Source: Laetmonice hystrix
Lineage: Eukaryota
DNA length: 64,000 nucleotides
Assembly (NCBI GenBank): GCA_965235115.1
Contig: OZ249436.1
Coordinates: forward strand, 31,188,001 to 31,252,000
Direction: 5' to 3'
Shown: positions 1 through 12,606 of the stretch, in pieces
How positions within the stretch are numbered: the stretch's first letter is position 1
Layout of the letters: each line of letters opens with the position of its first letter
Notes under the pieces: model-generated
Databases searched by the model: none
What the model saw: the letters and a program-made list of their open reading frames with translations, nothing else
Told to the model about the DNA's origin: nothing
Translations under genes and position numbers: made by a program

Positions 1-89
1 ACATAGCAGTGAATGGTGGCTGTAACCAGCGGCCTTCCATTCACTGCTTATTAACCAGCCGCCCTTAGTCAAGTCAGTGAGACGGGCCC
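1..89. mobile_element. Right end of a foldback MITE (GGGCCC terminus, CWG target; PIF/Harbinger-like), truncated by window edge
   Basis: Ends ...gtgagacgggccc|cag. The internal inverted pair agcagtgaatgg/ccattcactgct resembles the complete element at 27956-28104. Confidence 0.5.
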
Positions 90-134
90 CAGTTAGTTAG
101 GGGGGGGGGGGGGGCGCTACGGCTTAGTGGATAG

Positions 135-717
135 CAGACCTGACAAGTCCCCCGGTTTCACCGGGGGACTCCCGGTTTTTAACCTGATCCCCCGTCCCCC
201 CGGTATGTGACAATTTTCTCACGGTAAATTGAAAACTCATGTATGCACACAAATGTAGGCCTACACAAAACACAAGAAAAAAGATAGATAAATATATTTG
301 GACAATTTTAAGTTTAAAATATAATGAAAAAATATGTTTGAGTATGTTTTTAAGTAGACCTACATGTAGCAAGTATATGCAACGCAGAACACTAAAAAAG
401 GATACATAAAGACAAAAGAAACAACATAAAGTAGCTGATGTCTTATGACAATTTTTTATTTTAAATTTATTAAACTGATGGTATGTAAGTTGTGGACTTC
501 ATGTTTAGAATGTAGTGGCTCCATACTAACGTTTCTCCCCCACTCACATAGTGTCATAGGTGATATATCAGCTTCTTGATGTAGTGTCCAGGTTTTTCCA
601 CAAAATCTCCAGGTTTTCCCCAAAAAAATCCCCCGGTTATCCTCCCAATTTCCAGGTTTTTGGACATCAACTTTTAAAAATCTCCCGGTTTCTTCTCCCT
701 GTAGGTTGGCAGGTCTG
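135..717. mobile_element. Non-autonomous DNA transposon (MITE) with CAGACCTG termini and 6-bp TSD
   Basis: TIRs cagacctgacaa / ttggcaggtctg; GGATAG duplicated at 129-134 and 718-723; subterminal cccgg/ccaggttt motif clusters at both ends. Confidence 0.85.
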
Positions 718-1144
718 GGATAGTACCTACCAGGGCAGTAGCCTGAGTTAGTGAGTAGGCTAGCCTACTAGTAGATCTACTATACTAGTGGGGGGGGGGG
801 GGGGTGGTGGGGGGGGGGGCTGAAGCCCCCCCCCCCCCGCTTCCGCGGTCCCCGTATAGTTATTACTAGATTGCTATATTACTAGCCTATAGCCTAGGCT
901 ATAGCCAGATCTGCTGTTACGCATCAGCGCGGCCAAACTCTGACTAGCAATTTGACTCTAGTCAAGCGGTAGGCCTACGCCCTACGCCACGGCTACAGCA
1001 GACTGAGCAGTATAGACTATAGACTGTAGAGTAGAAGCCCGCTTCGTGTTATATTATAGATAGTAGACTGGATGAAATCTAACATTAGAGTAGACCTGAT
1101 CTAGACCTCTAGATCTAGGCTAGATCTATATTAAATCGTTATAC

Positions 1145-1292
1145 CTGTGGTTCCTAGTGCTACGCAGATTTCGTTGAGAGCCGCTCTTCGGCGGTCCCTG
1201 TGGTGGTAATCGGCATGCCTTACACACCACAGAGATGGTCGCTCCTCATATAGGTCGATCAGATGATCTGTATTGCCTCTTGTCCACTCCAT
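1145..1292 (-). CDS. MADF/Myb-SANT-like DNA-binding domain exon, probably the accessory gene of a PIF/Harbinger transposon (may be a pseudogene)
   Basis: MEWTRGNTDHLIDLYEERPSLWCVRHADYHHRDRRRAALNEICVALG matches the MADF pattern (W...LI.LY...P.LW......Y....R..A...I...L). Polypyrimidine tract plus AG lie directly before the ATG, and a GT donor follows 1145. Confidence 0.8.
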
Positions 1293-1596
1293 CTGGGGCA
1301 AGGGGGGGGGTGAAAATAGCAATAACTATATCTAGGCTACTACCGATAGCTGTCTATGATTTATGATCTAACGTTAGGCTTTTTGCAAGTGCGCGCGTAA
1401 CAATGTATCACGTGACGTTCTTCTTGCATTCCCATTGGCTGTTGTCTACGACTTGTCGCGGCAAAATAGAGACGTGTCCTATTTTCTAGCGACGTTTCAA
1501 AAGTCGCGTACGACACTACGACAGGGGGTTTACACGTTTCAACTTTGTTTTATGAGACAAATCGCGTTCGACAAATCGCACCATGTAAACCGGCCT
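1145..1596 (-). mobile_element. Terminal part of a PIF/Harbinger-like transposon carrying the MADF exon
   Basis: Minus-strand terminus aggccggtttacatggtgcgattt next to a TGA/TCA triplet; subterminal aatcgc/gtcgcg repeats; E-box and CCAAT between the terminus and the MADF exon. The opposite TIR was not found. Confidence 0.6.
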
Positions 1597-1672
1597 TGAG
1601 TGGATACTCGCTGGTCGCCTGAGTGGATACTCGCTGGTCGCCTGAGTGGATACTCGCTGGCCGCCTGAGTGG
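1597..1672. repeat. 23-bp tandem repeat x3 abutting the Harbinger-like terminus
   Basis: tgagtggatactcgctggtcgcc three times plus a partial unit. Confidence 0.9.
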
Positions 1673-2199
1673 AGTTTGGTGTTATTGTTTTAGCGATATC
1701 ATGCAGCTTTAACTTGTTGTAATTTGTTGTAGAATTAATTGAAATATTGAATTTCGGCCTGTCTCTCGGAGTCTGTGTGTGTGTGTGGGTGTGGGTATGT
1801 GGGGGGGGGGGGGTGTGTTGTGTGTGGAGGGCGGCAACCCCCGCCCCCATACCATGTCTGTGTATGTGTTGTGTGTGGAGGGCACCAACTCCCGCCCCCA
1901 TATACCATCTTCAGTTTATTTTATTATCGCAATAACACGCTAAAATTACGTTTCTTTCCTATGACGTGGAATTTCAACTAAGATTGACTTTATATGCTGG
2001 TAATATGAGTAAATGACATATTACATGTCTGCAATGGAGGGGGATTCCTATAGATAACCATCGAACCAGCTGCAAGACCGCCCACGTTCCTATAGCAAGA
2101 TTGAATTAGCTTTCGATAACTGTATTCGACCAGTGGTGGTCGACACTAACCCCTTCCTAGATAATTAGTCATAATGCGTTCAGCGGTTATTTCGTCCTG

Positions 2200-2620
2200 T
2201 GGCGAAGTATCGAATCCAAGCAGCAATATTATAGCGCCCTGGAGTTATAAGCAGACTTTCATTGGTATGAATGCCTTAAATAGATGCATGGCATTTTGAA
2301 GGGATAAAATTTGCCCACCACCAAATAAGATCCTGTGGATGAAAGGTCTTTAAAAGGCTAGCTCTTTAGTTCTTGAATTAAAATCACATTGAAATCAAGA
2401 GAGGCTCTTTCCACAGCGAAATCCCTCACTAAGATTGTACCCAAGAAAGGCCATGGCATGTCTAGATTTCCTGCGACGGAAGTGAGCACTGGTTCGAGAA
2501 CTGTCTGCTCAGAGGCGGGTACGACCATGCCCTCTTCATGTTATAGACGGGCGTAACAGTCATCTTCACATCGTTCTTTGTGGAATCCGGATTTTTGTAT
2601 GGCAAGAAAATACATTGAAT
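2200..2620 (-). pseudogene. Highly decayed non-LTR retrotransposon fragment (ORF1 end / APE endonuclease start)
   Basis: Frameshifted minus-strand peptides FLGYNLSEGF and LDFNVILIQE resemble APE N-terminal motifs (xN.RG, D+I.+QE); upstream EEGMVV resembles a CR1-group ORF1 C-terminus. By-eye only. Confidence 0.35.
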
Positions 2621-4939
2621 ATAGATTTACACGCGTGCAAACAGACAACATATGAATTTATAGGGTGAAGATTTGGGTTTGAATTCAAGGCTGCTCATCT
2701 GGACCTCTTCAGGTCATTCGGAACACCGAGCCCTTTACGAACTAGCGAAGAAGTTGGGCCAAGGTTTTCCGAATGCTCTTCAGGTTTGGCTAAAAGTGTG
2801 AAACTCATGTTTACTTTGGTAAAAGAAACTCAACCCCTACTTATTTGTCGTCTTTGAAATCTTGTTTGGAAATTTGAAACGGAACCATGAACGATCCCTT
2901 GTAGCTACCTTACACGCTGACCTGCGCTGGTTATAACCGCCTGTCATAATATTTATACGTAGTCATTCAGGATTGCGTTCGATATAATAATTGAATATTT
3001 AGCAGCCGAAACCGACCGAATCCTTGTTAATACTCCAAGCCGTCATTCCAATGATTGCCAGAGCCAATTATACCAATGGCGTTACGTTAGTAAGCCGCGA
3101 TTAACGATCAAAGAGTATCAATGTACACCGATATAGAACCTCAGATGACGTCACTCGCTGGTCAAAAATCCTTCATTAGATTGGGCGGTATACTCACTAA
3201 GATAGTAATAACGCGGCGGCACAAATTTAATGCATGTATTAAGGTAATCCTTCGATGCAATTACAACGGAAGTAGAGAAAAACAACGCGTCTGACAATAC
3301 CGGCGATAAAAGCGGCTGGTGTTGCGCTGTTTGCAGACCTTGGCAGGTACTAATTTGGCATCTGTTAGGATGATGACAGAGAAATATTGGTCCATTACTG
3401 CTACTCCCTCGCATCAATTTCCTATAAGATAATAGTGGTAATGATGATATTGATAGAGCATCCCGAGCGCACATGTTATCGTGGTACTATCCACGAGCCT
3501 GGCATTGATAGTACATGACAAGGACAAGCGCTAATATTTCATCCTCTAAACTCTAGCCCAACCACGTGTTTAGATTTGCCGATAGAAATCGACCGATACG
3601 AGTGCCAGCCGATACGAGGGCATATCTTAGGCTATCTTTGTCCAATTAGCAGTGCATAATTACTTATTCATGCCGATCGGAAATCGGACGTTTACGTTGA
3701 CAGAATAAGAATTTTGTTATTTTGTTACTAATATTTTTTTTTTTATGATATCATCTGAACCCTGACAGCAACCGTTGCTGACACCGATTAGCTTTATGTG
3801 CTATGTTGGACCAATCAAGCAGTAAGGCCTATCGAGTCAAAATACAAATATCTGAACACAATTCTATTCTCAACTCATATAGCAATAAACCAACGTTTTG
3901 TTCAATAGGGCAGTGGACGAGGGAATCGGTAATTTGGACGACGGGAGAATTTTTAAATAATTCCGAATAGTCGACATTTGATACACTCTGTATATTTTCT
4001 GCACAAAGTTTATATTTCCTTGTAGCTGCACAAACAGTTCAATACGGTCGCTATAATATGGTGTGACCAGTCACGTCTTTATAGGCCTCTTGCATCTGAC
4101 TTTATATTTTCCGGGACAGTTCAAGACATTAAGGGGTCTTTACAATAATACCGCTTTCCGTCGATTTCAGGTGGTCCAGCTTTGGGGCAACTATAATGCC
4201 CCGGCTGGGCGCCGCACGTAATGTTAAGTCTGCGTGTAGGGGGATTTGGTCCAATTGTACTTCCGCCGCATTACTCCTTTATGTGCAATCCCATTTCTTC
4301 CGCCGTCAAAGACGTGGCCTGCCTGATCAGTAGATTCGCTTCTACACCGTCCACCGAGGCAGAAGGCGCGGCCCACGTGTTATCTTTGGGATGACGCCGA
4401 CGCCCATGTCAGCTATCAGCCAATTGTAGGTGGGATTTAGGAGATTATTCCCAATTCGCAATTCTATAGCACAGTCTATCTACCAACATTCTAAATATAA
4501 AGTGGGTCTTTCGGTCGTGTTTTGAATTAGCAGTCGTGTGAACCGCGGTGTTTACGCGAAAACTCGAAGTCAGGTCTAGGCCTATATTCATGTTTTATTA
4601 ACATGACCTGACCCTGAAGATTGTACTCATTGAGACACAATTTAAGAATAGGATTCTCGCCTCGTGGGTAATGGTTTATCATGTTGTTTTCGCTGTGAAC
4701 ATGGACCCAGGCGCCGGGATGTGTAAATCACCACCACACTTCGCTACGTTACACGATTAAGACTTATGACGTGTAGTACCACAGAAATGAAGCGCATTGA
4801 GATAAACGCAAAAAAAGATATCAGTGGTTATAGTTTGTAACACCCGAGGGTAATATTAGGTGCCTACAAGTATAAGGGATTTAATACCAGCTACCACTGA
4901 TCCGTATAGTTTGTATATAGCCATACTTGGTTTGTACGC

Positions 4940-5260
4940 GAAGGCAAAGGCATGATGTTTCACTATAGAGGCTGATTTTATCGCCGGCCAACTGTGACCA
5001 GACCCCGGTGGAGCGACTGCAGGGTAAAAGGTCTAAAATCACTGACGTGATATTTACTTCAAGAAATATTAAAAACTCATGGAAAGCAAAACCAGGCTTT
5101 ACCACAAAAGATGGGATAACAGTCTGTTACGGAGGGGAGGGGTCAGTGTATACATTTTGAAACTATATCAGTCCGCTACTTTCAAGAAAGAACGATTTCG
5201 TGGCAGATTTCGACCGTATTCGGTTTTCGTTCTCAGTATAATGACCTCAATTGTACTATA
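4940..5260 (+). pseudogene. Decayed LINE APE-endonuclease fragment
   Basis: Frameshifted TDVIF/LLQE followed by RRGGVSVYIL, matching the D+I.LQE and RGGGV.+Y+ motifs. Confidence 0.35.
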
Positions 5261-8200
5261 AATGTACAAACGCAAGACTGGAGTGGATAGCGCATTTCAA
5301 ACAAGCTATAGACTCTATGAGAGTGTTTGTTGACGAATTAATTTCGAAGCGAAGACGATAAGCCTCGAAACTCATTCGAATGAATCATCCATGTTAGCAC
5401 ACTGCTGCAAAGATAGATAATGCCCTCATTGGAGGCACCTTTTAAGGAGGTCAATGCACTTCTAGGGCTGTTGGCTGCAGTGACAGCCAACAGGCCTAAT
5501 TTAGTGGTCAACCAAGATTATGCGTAACGAATGCGTAGTCATAACGAATATGTTTTCGGAGAACTTCATTTATATTGGTTCCAGTTCCTACCGCCAGAGG
5601 GCTTTATGGCCCTAGCGGTGAAATCGGATACTACGGTTCGCCCTCGCTGCACCACCTTGAGCAGCGAAGGCGGATGATACGACCTCCTTCACCGCAGTAA
5701 CCTTGTCGGAGCTACATACTTTTCGGCCACCGTAGTTTTAGCATACGAAACTCGCATAATGCCGGAACTAGCTCACCTGGAGCAGAGCTGTCCGACGATT
5801 TCGACCGATGACAGGCTTAGGCCTACCTAAATGTAGGTCCTCTCTGATGGCTCTATGGCGTTGTAAGTGCATCTAAACATCGAAATATTTCACGATTCAT
5901 TGCACGAGAACAATTCTGGGTAATTCTATATGACACGCATTGATACGGCCATTGAAAAACGGTCTTTGACAAGATGAATGATCAAAGTGGGACTCAAAGC
6001 CTTGGGAGGACGAACGCTTACTGCCATGTGATCGATATAGTGTTTCATTTAATCCTCTGATACTGGTATACATCTTTTTTTGTCTATAGCAAATGACGCG
6101 CATGACATGATTCAATAAAGAGCTTCACAGTCGACCAATGTTGCTGTCCACAACGACACAGTACGCAAGGCTGCGTGGGCGGCAATTTCCGGTCGAGCAG
6201 GGCGTCGGGTTTTTTTGTTCGATCACGAAGCAGGAAGGGGAGTTTGCACGTCCTAGGATTCACTTCAAAAATTGCGTACCTTATTCTGACGAGTAGATCA
6301 TAAACATGAATGTCTTGGAAATGGGGAAAGTGGCAGTTCTAATTGCAAGTTACCTTCATACAGTTTCAGTATTTTGACACATGGGACAGAAACAATGTTT
6401 CTGAAGCTGAGGGCTCAGGTTTCGCGTGGGCGGCACGGAACCATGGCAGTTTTCTGTCGGCATTTCGAGCGGATGAGATCTCACGAATCAGTTTTAGCTA
6501 AAGGTCTCAAGTGAAGTAGTAATGTCGTATTTCATGAGGACAGCCTCAGAGAGGATTCCCACCACACATGCTGACATGTATAGACGACAATGCTATATTG
6601 CACACAGGATGTTTATACAATGCAGGACCCGAGAAATCTTCCGTAGGGGCAGGTACCACTCGGAACACCGACGCTGCTTCTGATTGGCTGTTTCTAGGTC
6701 ATATCCGGAGGCGAAGCAGGCCTCGGATGTATGAAGCGGCCATTTTCCCAGGATTTGCGCAAACCCTAGTGAAGCGGCGTCGCGCATGAACACAGCAGTA
6801 AATAGGCCTAGTCGAATTCCCCTACGCACAGGCATATAGGCCTAGTTCAAATCTAATTTTTCTAATCCTTCCCGAATTTTCTACCGTGGACACAAAACAG
6901 TCCTTCACCTGGGAGGAAAACCAGAAATTGTAACTCTGTAAAGACCGACACAGGGGAGTTTTCCATTTTCGCACGGCGGCACCGCGCGAGTTTGTTGTTG
7001 TCTACATCCGGGTCAGTGGTCCTGACCTAGCCACCCACCCCACCCCCCACCCCAACATGGCGACCTTCGTCGTACAGCCGAGACATGACGCAGTCAGTGG
7101 AGGTAGTGCCGAGTGGGGTGGGTAGGCCTACATGCACGCTACATCTTCTGATTGGTCAATGTGGTTGAAACGTCACAGCAGTTTAGGATGGGACTAATGT
7201 CTCCAGTAAACTAGTCCCCAGTTCGGTATCGGATTGGGTCGGGGGCACCAGTCCGAAACTGGTGGCACTTACGTACGGGTTCTGATTGGTCAATAAGCAT
7301 CATTCTTTATGACGTCATAACTTGGGAAAGCCCCTTTTTACGCAAAACATGCTGGGATTGATTGCGGTATGTGTAGGCGATAATTGAGCAGCTCTGGCGG
7401 ACGTTCCGATTAGGTTGTCTGGCTTTGGTTTCAGCAAAAAGCGACCTCTGGTGGATGCGCCGGTGACTCCTTGTTTTGGGCATACCATATTTGAGAGGAA
7501 ATTCCGTGACGTCATAATGAATGGAGTTTATCTGGTTAAAACGTCACAGCTCTGACTAGGCCCTATGTGCTGCAGTTGCAAACTGGAAAAGCGGTCAATC
7601 CGACTCAACTCCACTCTATCCAACTGATTTATGCATGGGAAACCTCTACTCCGAGCCAGTTGAGCGGGCCTGTTGACTGGAGTCAGTTCTAATCGAGGCG
7701 GTGTATGATAGGCCTAGGTCGATTCAATGCATAGTTGGACCGAACAGGAGAGTACAAAACTTTCATTAGTATTTTGATCCAATTCAGAAGGAAAATAACG
7801 CCCGACAAGCAACTACAACAACGCATATCGTGTGGCAAACATAGGTCAAATTGGTTAGACGCAAATATTAATAATCCTGGGCTTAAAGCAATATGAACGT
7901 TAACCGTGGCGTCTGGCCCGTCAAAAAATATCAAATTGTGCGTTTCGAATGCAAAATAATGTGCTATCTCAAGAAAAGCTGATCCTATTAGGCCTAAAAT
8001 AGTATCGTTAAGAAAAAAGGGCTTAAAAAATCTTGTTATGGGGATAACATGAGTATGAGGAGAAAGTCTCCTTCCTATCAGATTTAGAATCTTTGATTAT
8101 GTAATCCAAAAACTATTATGAGCAAATATTATTGAACAGAAAGAAAGATAATGAAACGAAAGACGGATGTTTTAGTTATTGCATCCTTGGCAGCTGGTCT

Positions 8201-8991
8201 CCGATTACTGCATCGAGCGTGGACTTTTTACGGAAGTCGAAGATTTCAATATAGGATCTGTGTATCATCGTAACGTCTTGATTTTATTTGATGTTCAACT
8301 GAAACTGAAACTACTTGAAGTTATGAGTAAGGAAGCAAACTCGATATCGATCCGAAATATTACAGGGAAGGTCGCTAAGCTGACGGTGACAGGTTTTATA
8401 GGTGGATTCTGTTTTCCATTGTCTAAGGCCCCACCGATAAGTGGAACACTGTCTAAGGTTTCTAGCTGACAACAACCGAACAATGACAGCAGACACCTTT
8501 TTCTCTCTCTTCACACCCTTATTGGGGTACAGAGTTTGTATGCGGCTATCGTTTGCAACCCTCTCTGAAATCGTCGATGAATCTGTCGCCATCTTGCTTC
8601 GAATTGGTTTAGCGGTGACGTCATGGGCATGTTTCTGGTAAAAGTGGAATCGCAGCGGGACGTGAATAGCAGCACTCTGGCCGGGAACCTGCGTGGTCCG
8701 TTCCGCCTGGCGGCCAAATAACAATTCGGGGACAAGTAGGGCAGACAAGCAGACGAAGCCAGAGGAAGAATGTCTAGCTACATTTCAGTTGATTATTTCT
8801 TCATTAAAGATCAGACCATCACAGGATTGTAGGTAGGAACAAGCTTCTTCATGCTGAATACCCTTATATTGATAGTTTGAACTTTTCTGATCCCTTTAAC
8901 TACTTCTTCTAATGTAATGAATTTACGAGGGAACGAGATGGCAAAGAGGAATAAATAGTTCGCTGACGTACTTTTCTGTTTACATTCAGAG

Positions 8992-10182
8992 TGACCCCAG
9001 CTGTACATTTCTGTATCCATTCGGACTTAACCATCTGCCTGTATCAAGTCTGACTGACCCCAACTGTTGTACATTTCTGTATCCATTCGGACTTAACCAT
9101 CTGTCTGCATCAATTTGACTGACCCCAGCTGTACATTTCTGTATCCATTCGGACTTAACCATCTGTCTGCATCAAGTCTGACTGACCCCAGCTGTACATT
9201 TCTGTATCCATTCGGACTTAACCATCTGTCTGCATCAAGTCTGACTGACCCCAGCTGTACATTTCTGTATCCATTCGGACTTATCCATCTGTCTGCATCA
9301 AGTCTGACTGACCCCAGCTGTACATTTCTGTATCCATTCGGACTTAACCATCTTTCTGCATCAAGTCTGACTGACCACAGCTGTATATTTCTGTATCCAT
9401 TCGGACTTAACCATCTGTCTGCATCAAGTCTGACTGACCCCAGCTGTACATTTCTGTATCCATTCGGACTTATCCAACTGTCTGCATCAAGTCTGACTGA
9501 CCACAACTGTATATTTCTGTATCCATTCGGACTTAACCATCTGTCTGCATCAAGTCTGACTGACCCCAGCTGTATATTCCTGTATCCATTCGGACTTAAC
9601 CATCTGTCTGCATCAAGTTTGACTGACCCCAGCTGTTGTACATTTCTGTATCCATTCGGACTTAACCATCTGTCTGCATCAAGTTTGACTGACCCCAGCT
9701 GTTGTACATTTCTGTATCCATTCGGACTTAACCATCTGTCTGCATCAAGTCTGACTGACCCCAGCTGTACATTTCTGTATCCATTCGGACTTAACCATCT
9801 GTCTGCATCAAGTCTGACTGACCGCAGCTGTATATTTCTGTATCCATTCGGACTTAACCATCTGTCTGCATCAAGTCTGACTGACCCCAGCTGTACATTT
9901 CTGTATCCATTCGGACTTATCCATCTGTCTGCATCAAGTCTGACTGACCCCAGCTGCTGTACATTTCTGTATCCATTCGGACTTAATCATCTGTCTGCAT
10001 CAAGTCTGACTGACCCCAGCTGTATATTTCTGTATCCATTCGGACTTAACCATCTGTCTGCATCAAGTCTGACTGACCCCAGCTGTACATTTCTGATTCC
10101 ATTCGGACTTAACCATCTGTCTGCATCAAGTCTGACTGACCCCAGCTGTACATTTCTCTATCCATTCGGACTGACCACAGCT
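8992..10182. repeat. 63-bp minisatellite, about 19 units
   Basis: Unit gaccccagctgtacatttctgtatccattcggacttaaccatctgtctgcatcaagtctgact; a few 66-bp variants with an extra triplet. Confidence 0.97.
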
Positions 10183-10242
10183 GTAAATTTGATGCAGTGC
10201 GGCACAGCTGATTTTCTTGCGCGCATGCGTACTATGCTACTA

Positions 10243-10817
10243 CAATGCTAGGTCTCCTATCCTAAGAACAACCGTCCGATCATGAATTATTCATGTAGGT
10301 TTATGGGAATTATGGAAAGGCTACATCCAGCGCACGGCTTTGTTGTATAGGTTCATCAATAATCGATGAAGCGTAGCCATATTAGATTGATCCCGGCGTT
10401 TGGTGCGTGGGCGAAGGATGGTAATCAATTTCGGGCGGGCGGAGCTACGTGCGCGGGGTATGTCGAGGCAGGCCCAGCTGGGCGGGTTACAAGGATCGGT
10501 CGCCGTGGCCGGGACACTATGGGACAGGGCCTCACTGGGCCGCCGGGCCGGGTCAGCCCTTTCGCCGGTCACTCTACATCGTACCTCAAGGCGTCTCCTA
10601 TTCCTGTCCTAGGGCGGATGGAAGGATCACTTTTCTGCGCCAATACCGGAGGACTGTCATCCTCCAACTGAGAATTTCTACTCGTTCGTTTAATTTCTCT
10701 CGTCTTGTCCTGACAGGGGGAGACTCGCCGAGGGCGGTTTATGGTTGTGATCTCGCTGATCATGCGACGTATACTGCTCTTGGTGGAGATCAAGGCGAGG
10801 TTATGAGACCGGCACTG
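10243..10817. mobile_element. Tc1/mariner (pogo/Tigger-like) non-autonomous element
   Basis: TA at both flanks (10241-10242, 10818-10819); imperfect TIRs caatgctaggtctcctatcct vs reverse complement cagtgccggtctcataacct; GC-rich non-coding interior. Confidence 0.65.
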
Positions 10818-11052
10818 TATCTATATTTATATTATTATAGGAATATAGTTCATCATAATTGTTATAACTTATATAGCTGTAATATAAATATTATACAAGA
10901 TAGGTATTATGATATCTCTCAGGGACTCTGAGCGTAGATCAACATCCGTTCTGACATGCATATTCCGCGACGGAATGAAATCCTGCCGTGTTCTGAAATC
11001 GGCTTCCTTAGCTGACACAATTACAAAACTTCCTTTATAACCAAAATTAATG

Positions 11053-12606
11053 TGTTACGCGCCATCGGTCGATCTGACCCATCGGCCGATGGGTCAGACC
11101 CATCGGTGGATCGGCCAACGGGTCGCCCATCGACCGATGGGCGACCCATCGGTGGATGCGCGGCGCGCGCCAGGGTCGCGGCCCATCGGCCGATGGGTCT
11201 GACCCATCGGTGGATGGGTGATTGGTAAACCAGGAGACATGAAATGACATGGAAACCTAGAGGAGACAACTTCTCAACCCGAGCCGCAGGCCTCTTTTCA
11301 GTCAAGAACTCAGATCCCCCAGCCACCTCCGCCCGAGACCACCCAGCCACCTCTTGCCCAGACCCCACACCCATCTCCTGTCCAGACCCCACACCCATCT
11401 CCTGTCCAGACCCCACACCCACCTCCTGTCCAGACCCCACACCCACCTCCTGTCCAGACCCCACACCCACCTCCTGTCCAGACCTCACACCCACCTCCTG
11501 TCCAGACCCCACACCCACCTCCTGTCCAGACCCCACACCCACCTCCTGTCCAGACCTCACACCCACCTCCTGTCCAGACCTCACACCCACCTCCTGTCCA
11601 GACCCCACACCCACCTCCTGTCCAGACCCCACACCCACCTCCTGTACAGACCTCACACCCATCTCCTGTACAGACCCCACACCCACCTCCTGTACAGACC
11701 TCACACCCATCTCCTGTCCAGACCCCACACCCACCTCCTGTCCAGACCCCACACCCACCTCCTGTCCAGACCTCACACCCACCTCCTGTCCAGACCCCAC
11801 ACCCACCTCCTGTCCAGACCCCACACCCACCTCCTGTACAGACCTCACACCCACCTCCTGTCCAGACCTCACACCCACCTCCTGTCCAGACCCCACACCC
11901 ACCTCCTGTCCAGACCCCACACCCATCTCCTGTCCAGACCCCACACCCACCTCCTGTACAGACCTCACACCCATCTCCTGTCCAGACCTCACACCCACCT
12001 CCTGTCCAGACCCCACACCCACCTCCTGTACAGACCTCACACCCATCTCCTGTCCAGACCCCACACCCACCTCCTGTCCAGACCCCACACCCACCTCCTG
12101 TCCAGACCCCACACCCACCCCATGTCCAGACCTCACACCCACCTCCTGTCCAGACCCCACACCCACCTCCTGTCCAGACCTCACACCCACCTCCTGTCCA
12201 GACCTCACACCCACCTCCTGTCCAGACCCCACACCCACCTCCTGTCCAGACCTCACACCCACCTCCTGTCATTAAATCGGTCACCATTGTTGCCATGTTT
12301 GATTACCCCCGGATTTACCCGCTGTTAACACTACTCAACTTTTTTTCACACACATTTTAAGTTCTGTTAAGTCTTAAATGTTAGGGTGCCTACGTCTAAA
12401 CGTGTTTTATGTATTGCATCCATGTGTTCTGTTTACCAACCACCCATCCACCGATGGGTCAGACCCATCGGCCGATGGGCCGCGACCCTGGCGCGCCGCG
12501 CATCCACCGATGGGTCGCCCATCGGTCGATGGGCGACCCGTTGGCCGATCCACCGATGGGTCTGACCCATCGGCCGATGGGTCAGATCGACCGATGGCGC
12601 GTAACA
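11053..12606. mobile_element. Ginger-like non-autonomous DNA transposon with ~180-bp TIRs and internal 24-bp array
   Basis: TGT...ACA termini; AATG TSD at 11049-11052 and 12607-12610; near-perfect TIRs (~11053-11230 / ~12431-12606) built of cccatcggccgatggg-type palindromes. Confidence 0.88.
11333..12271. repeat. 24-bp C-rich minisatellite, about 39 units, inside the Ginger-like element
   Basis: Unit ccagacc(c/t)cacaccca(c/t)ctcctgt; explains the four overlapping 320-410 aa ORFs. Confidence 0.97.

Noticed and set aside
11021..12328. Four overlapping 324-413 aa ORFs as genes
   Set aside because: They are open because a stop-free 24-bp unit repeats; both strands and several frames are open at once.
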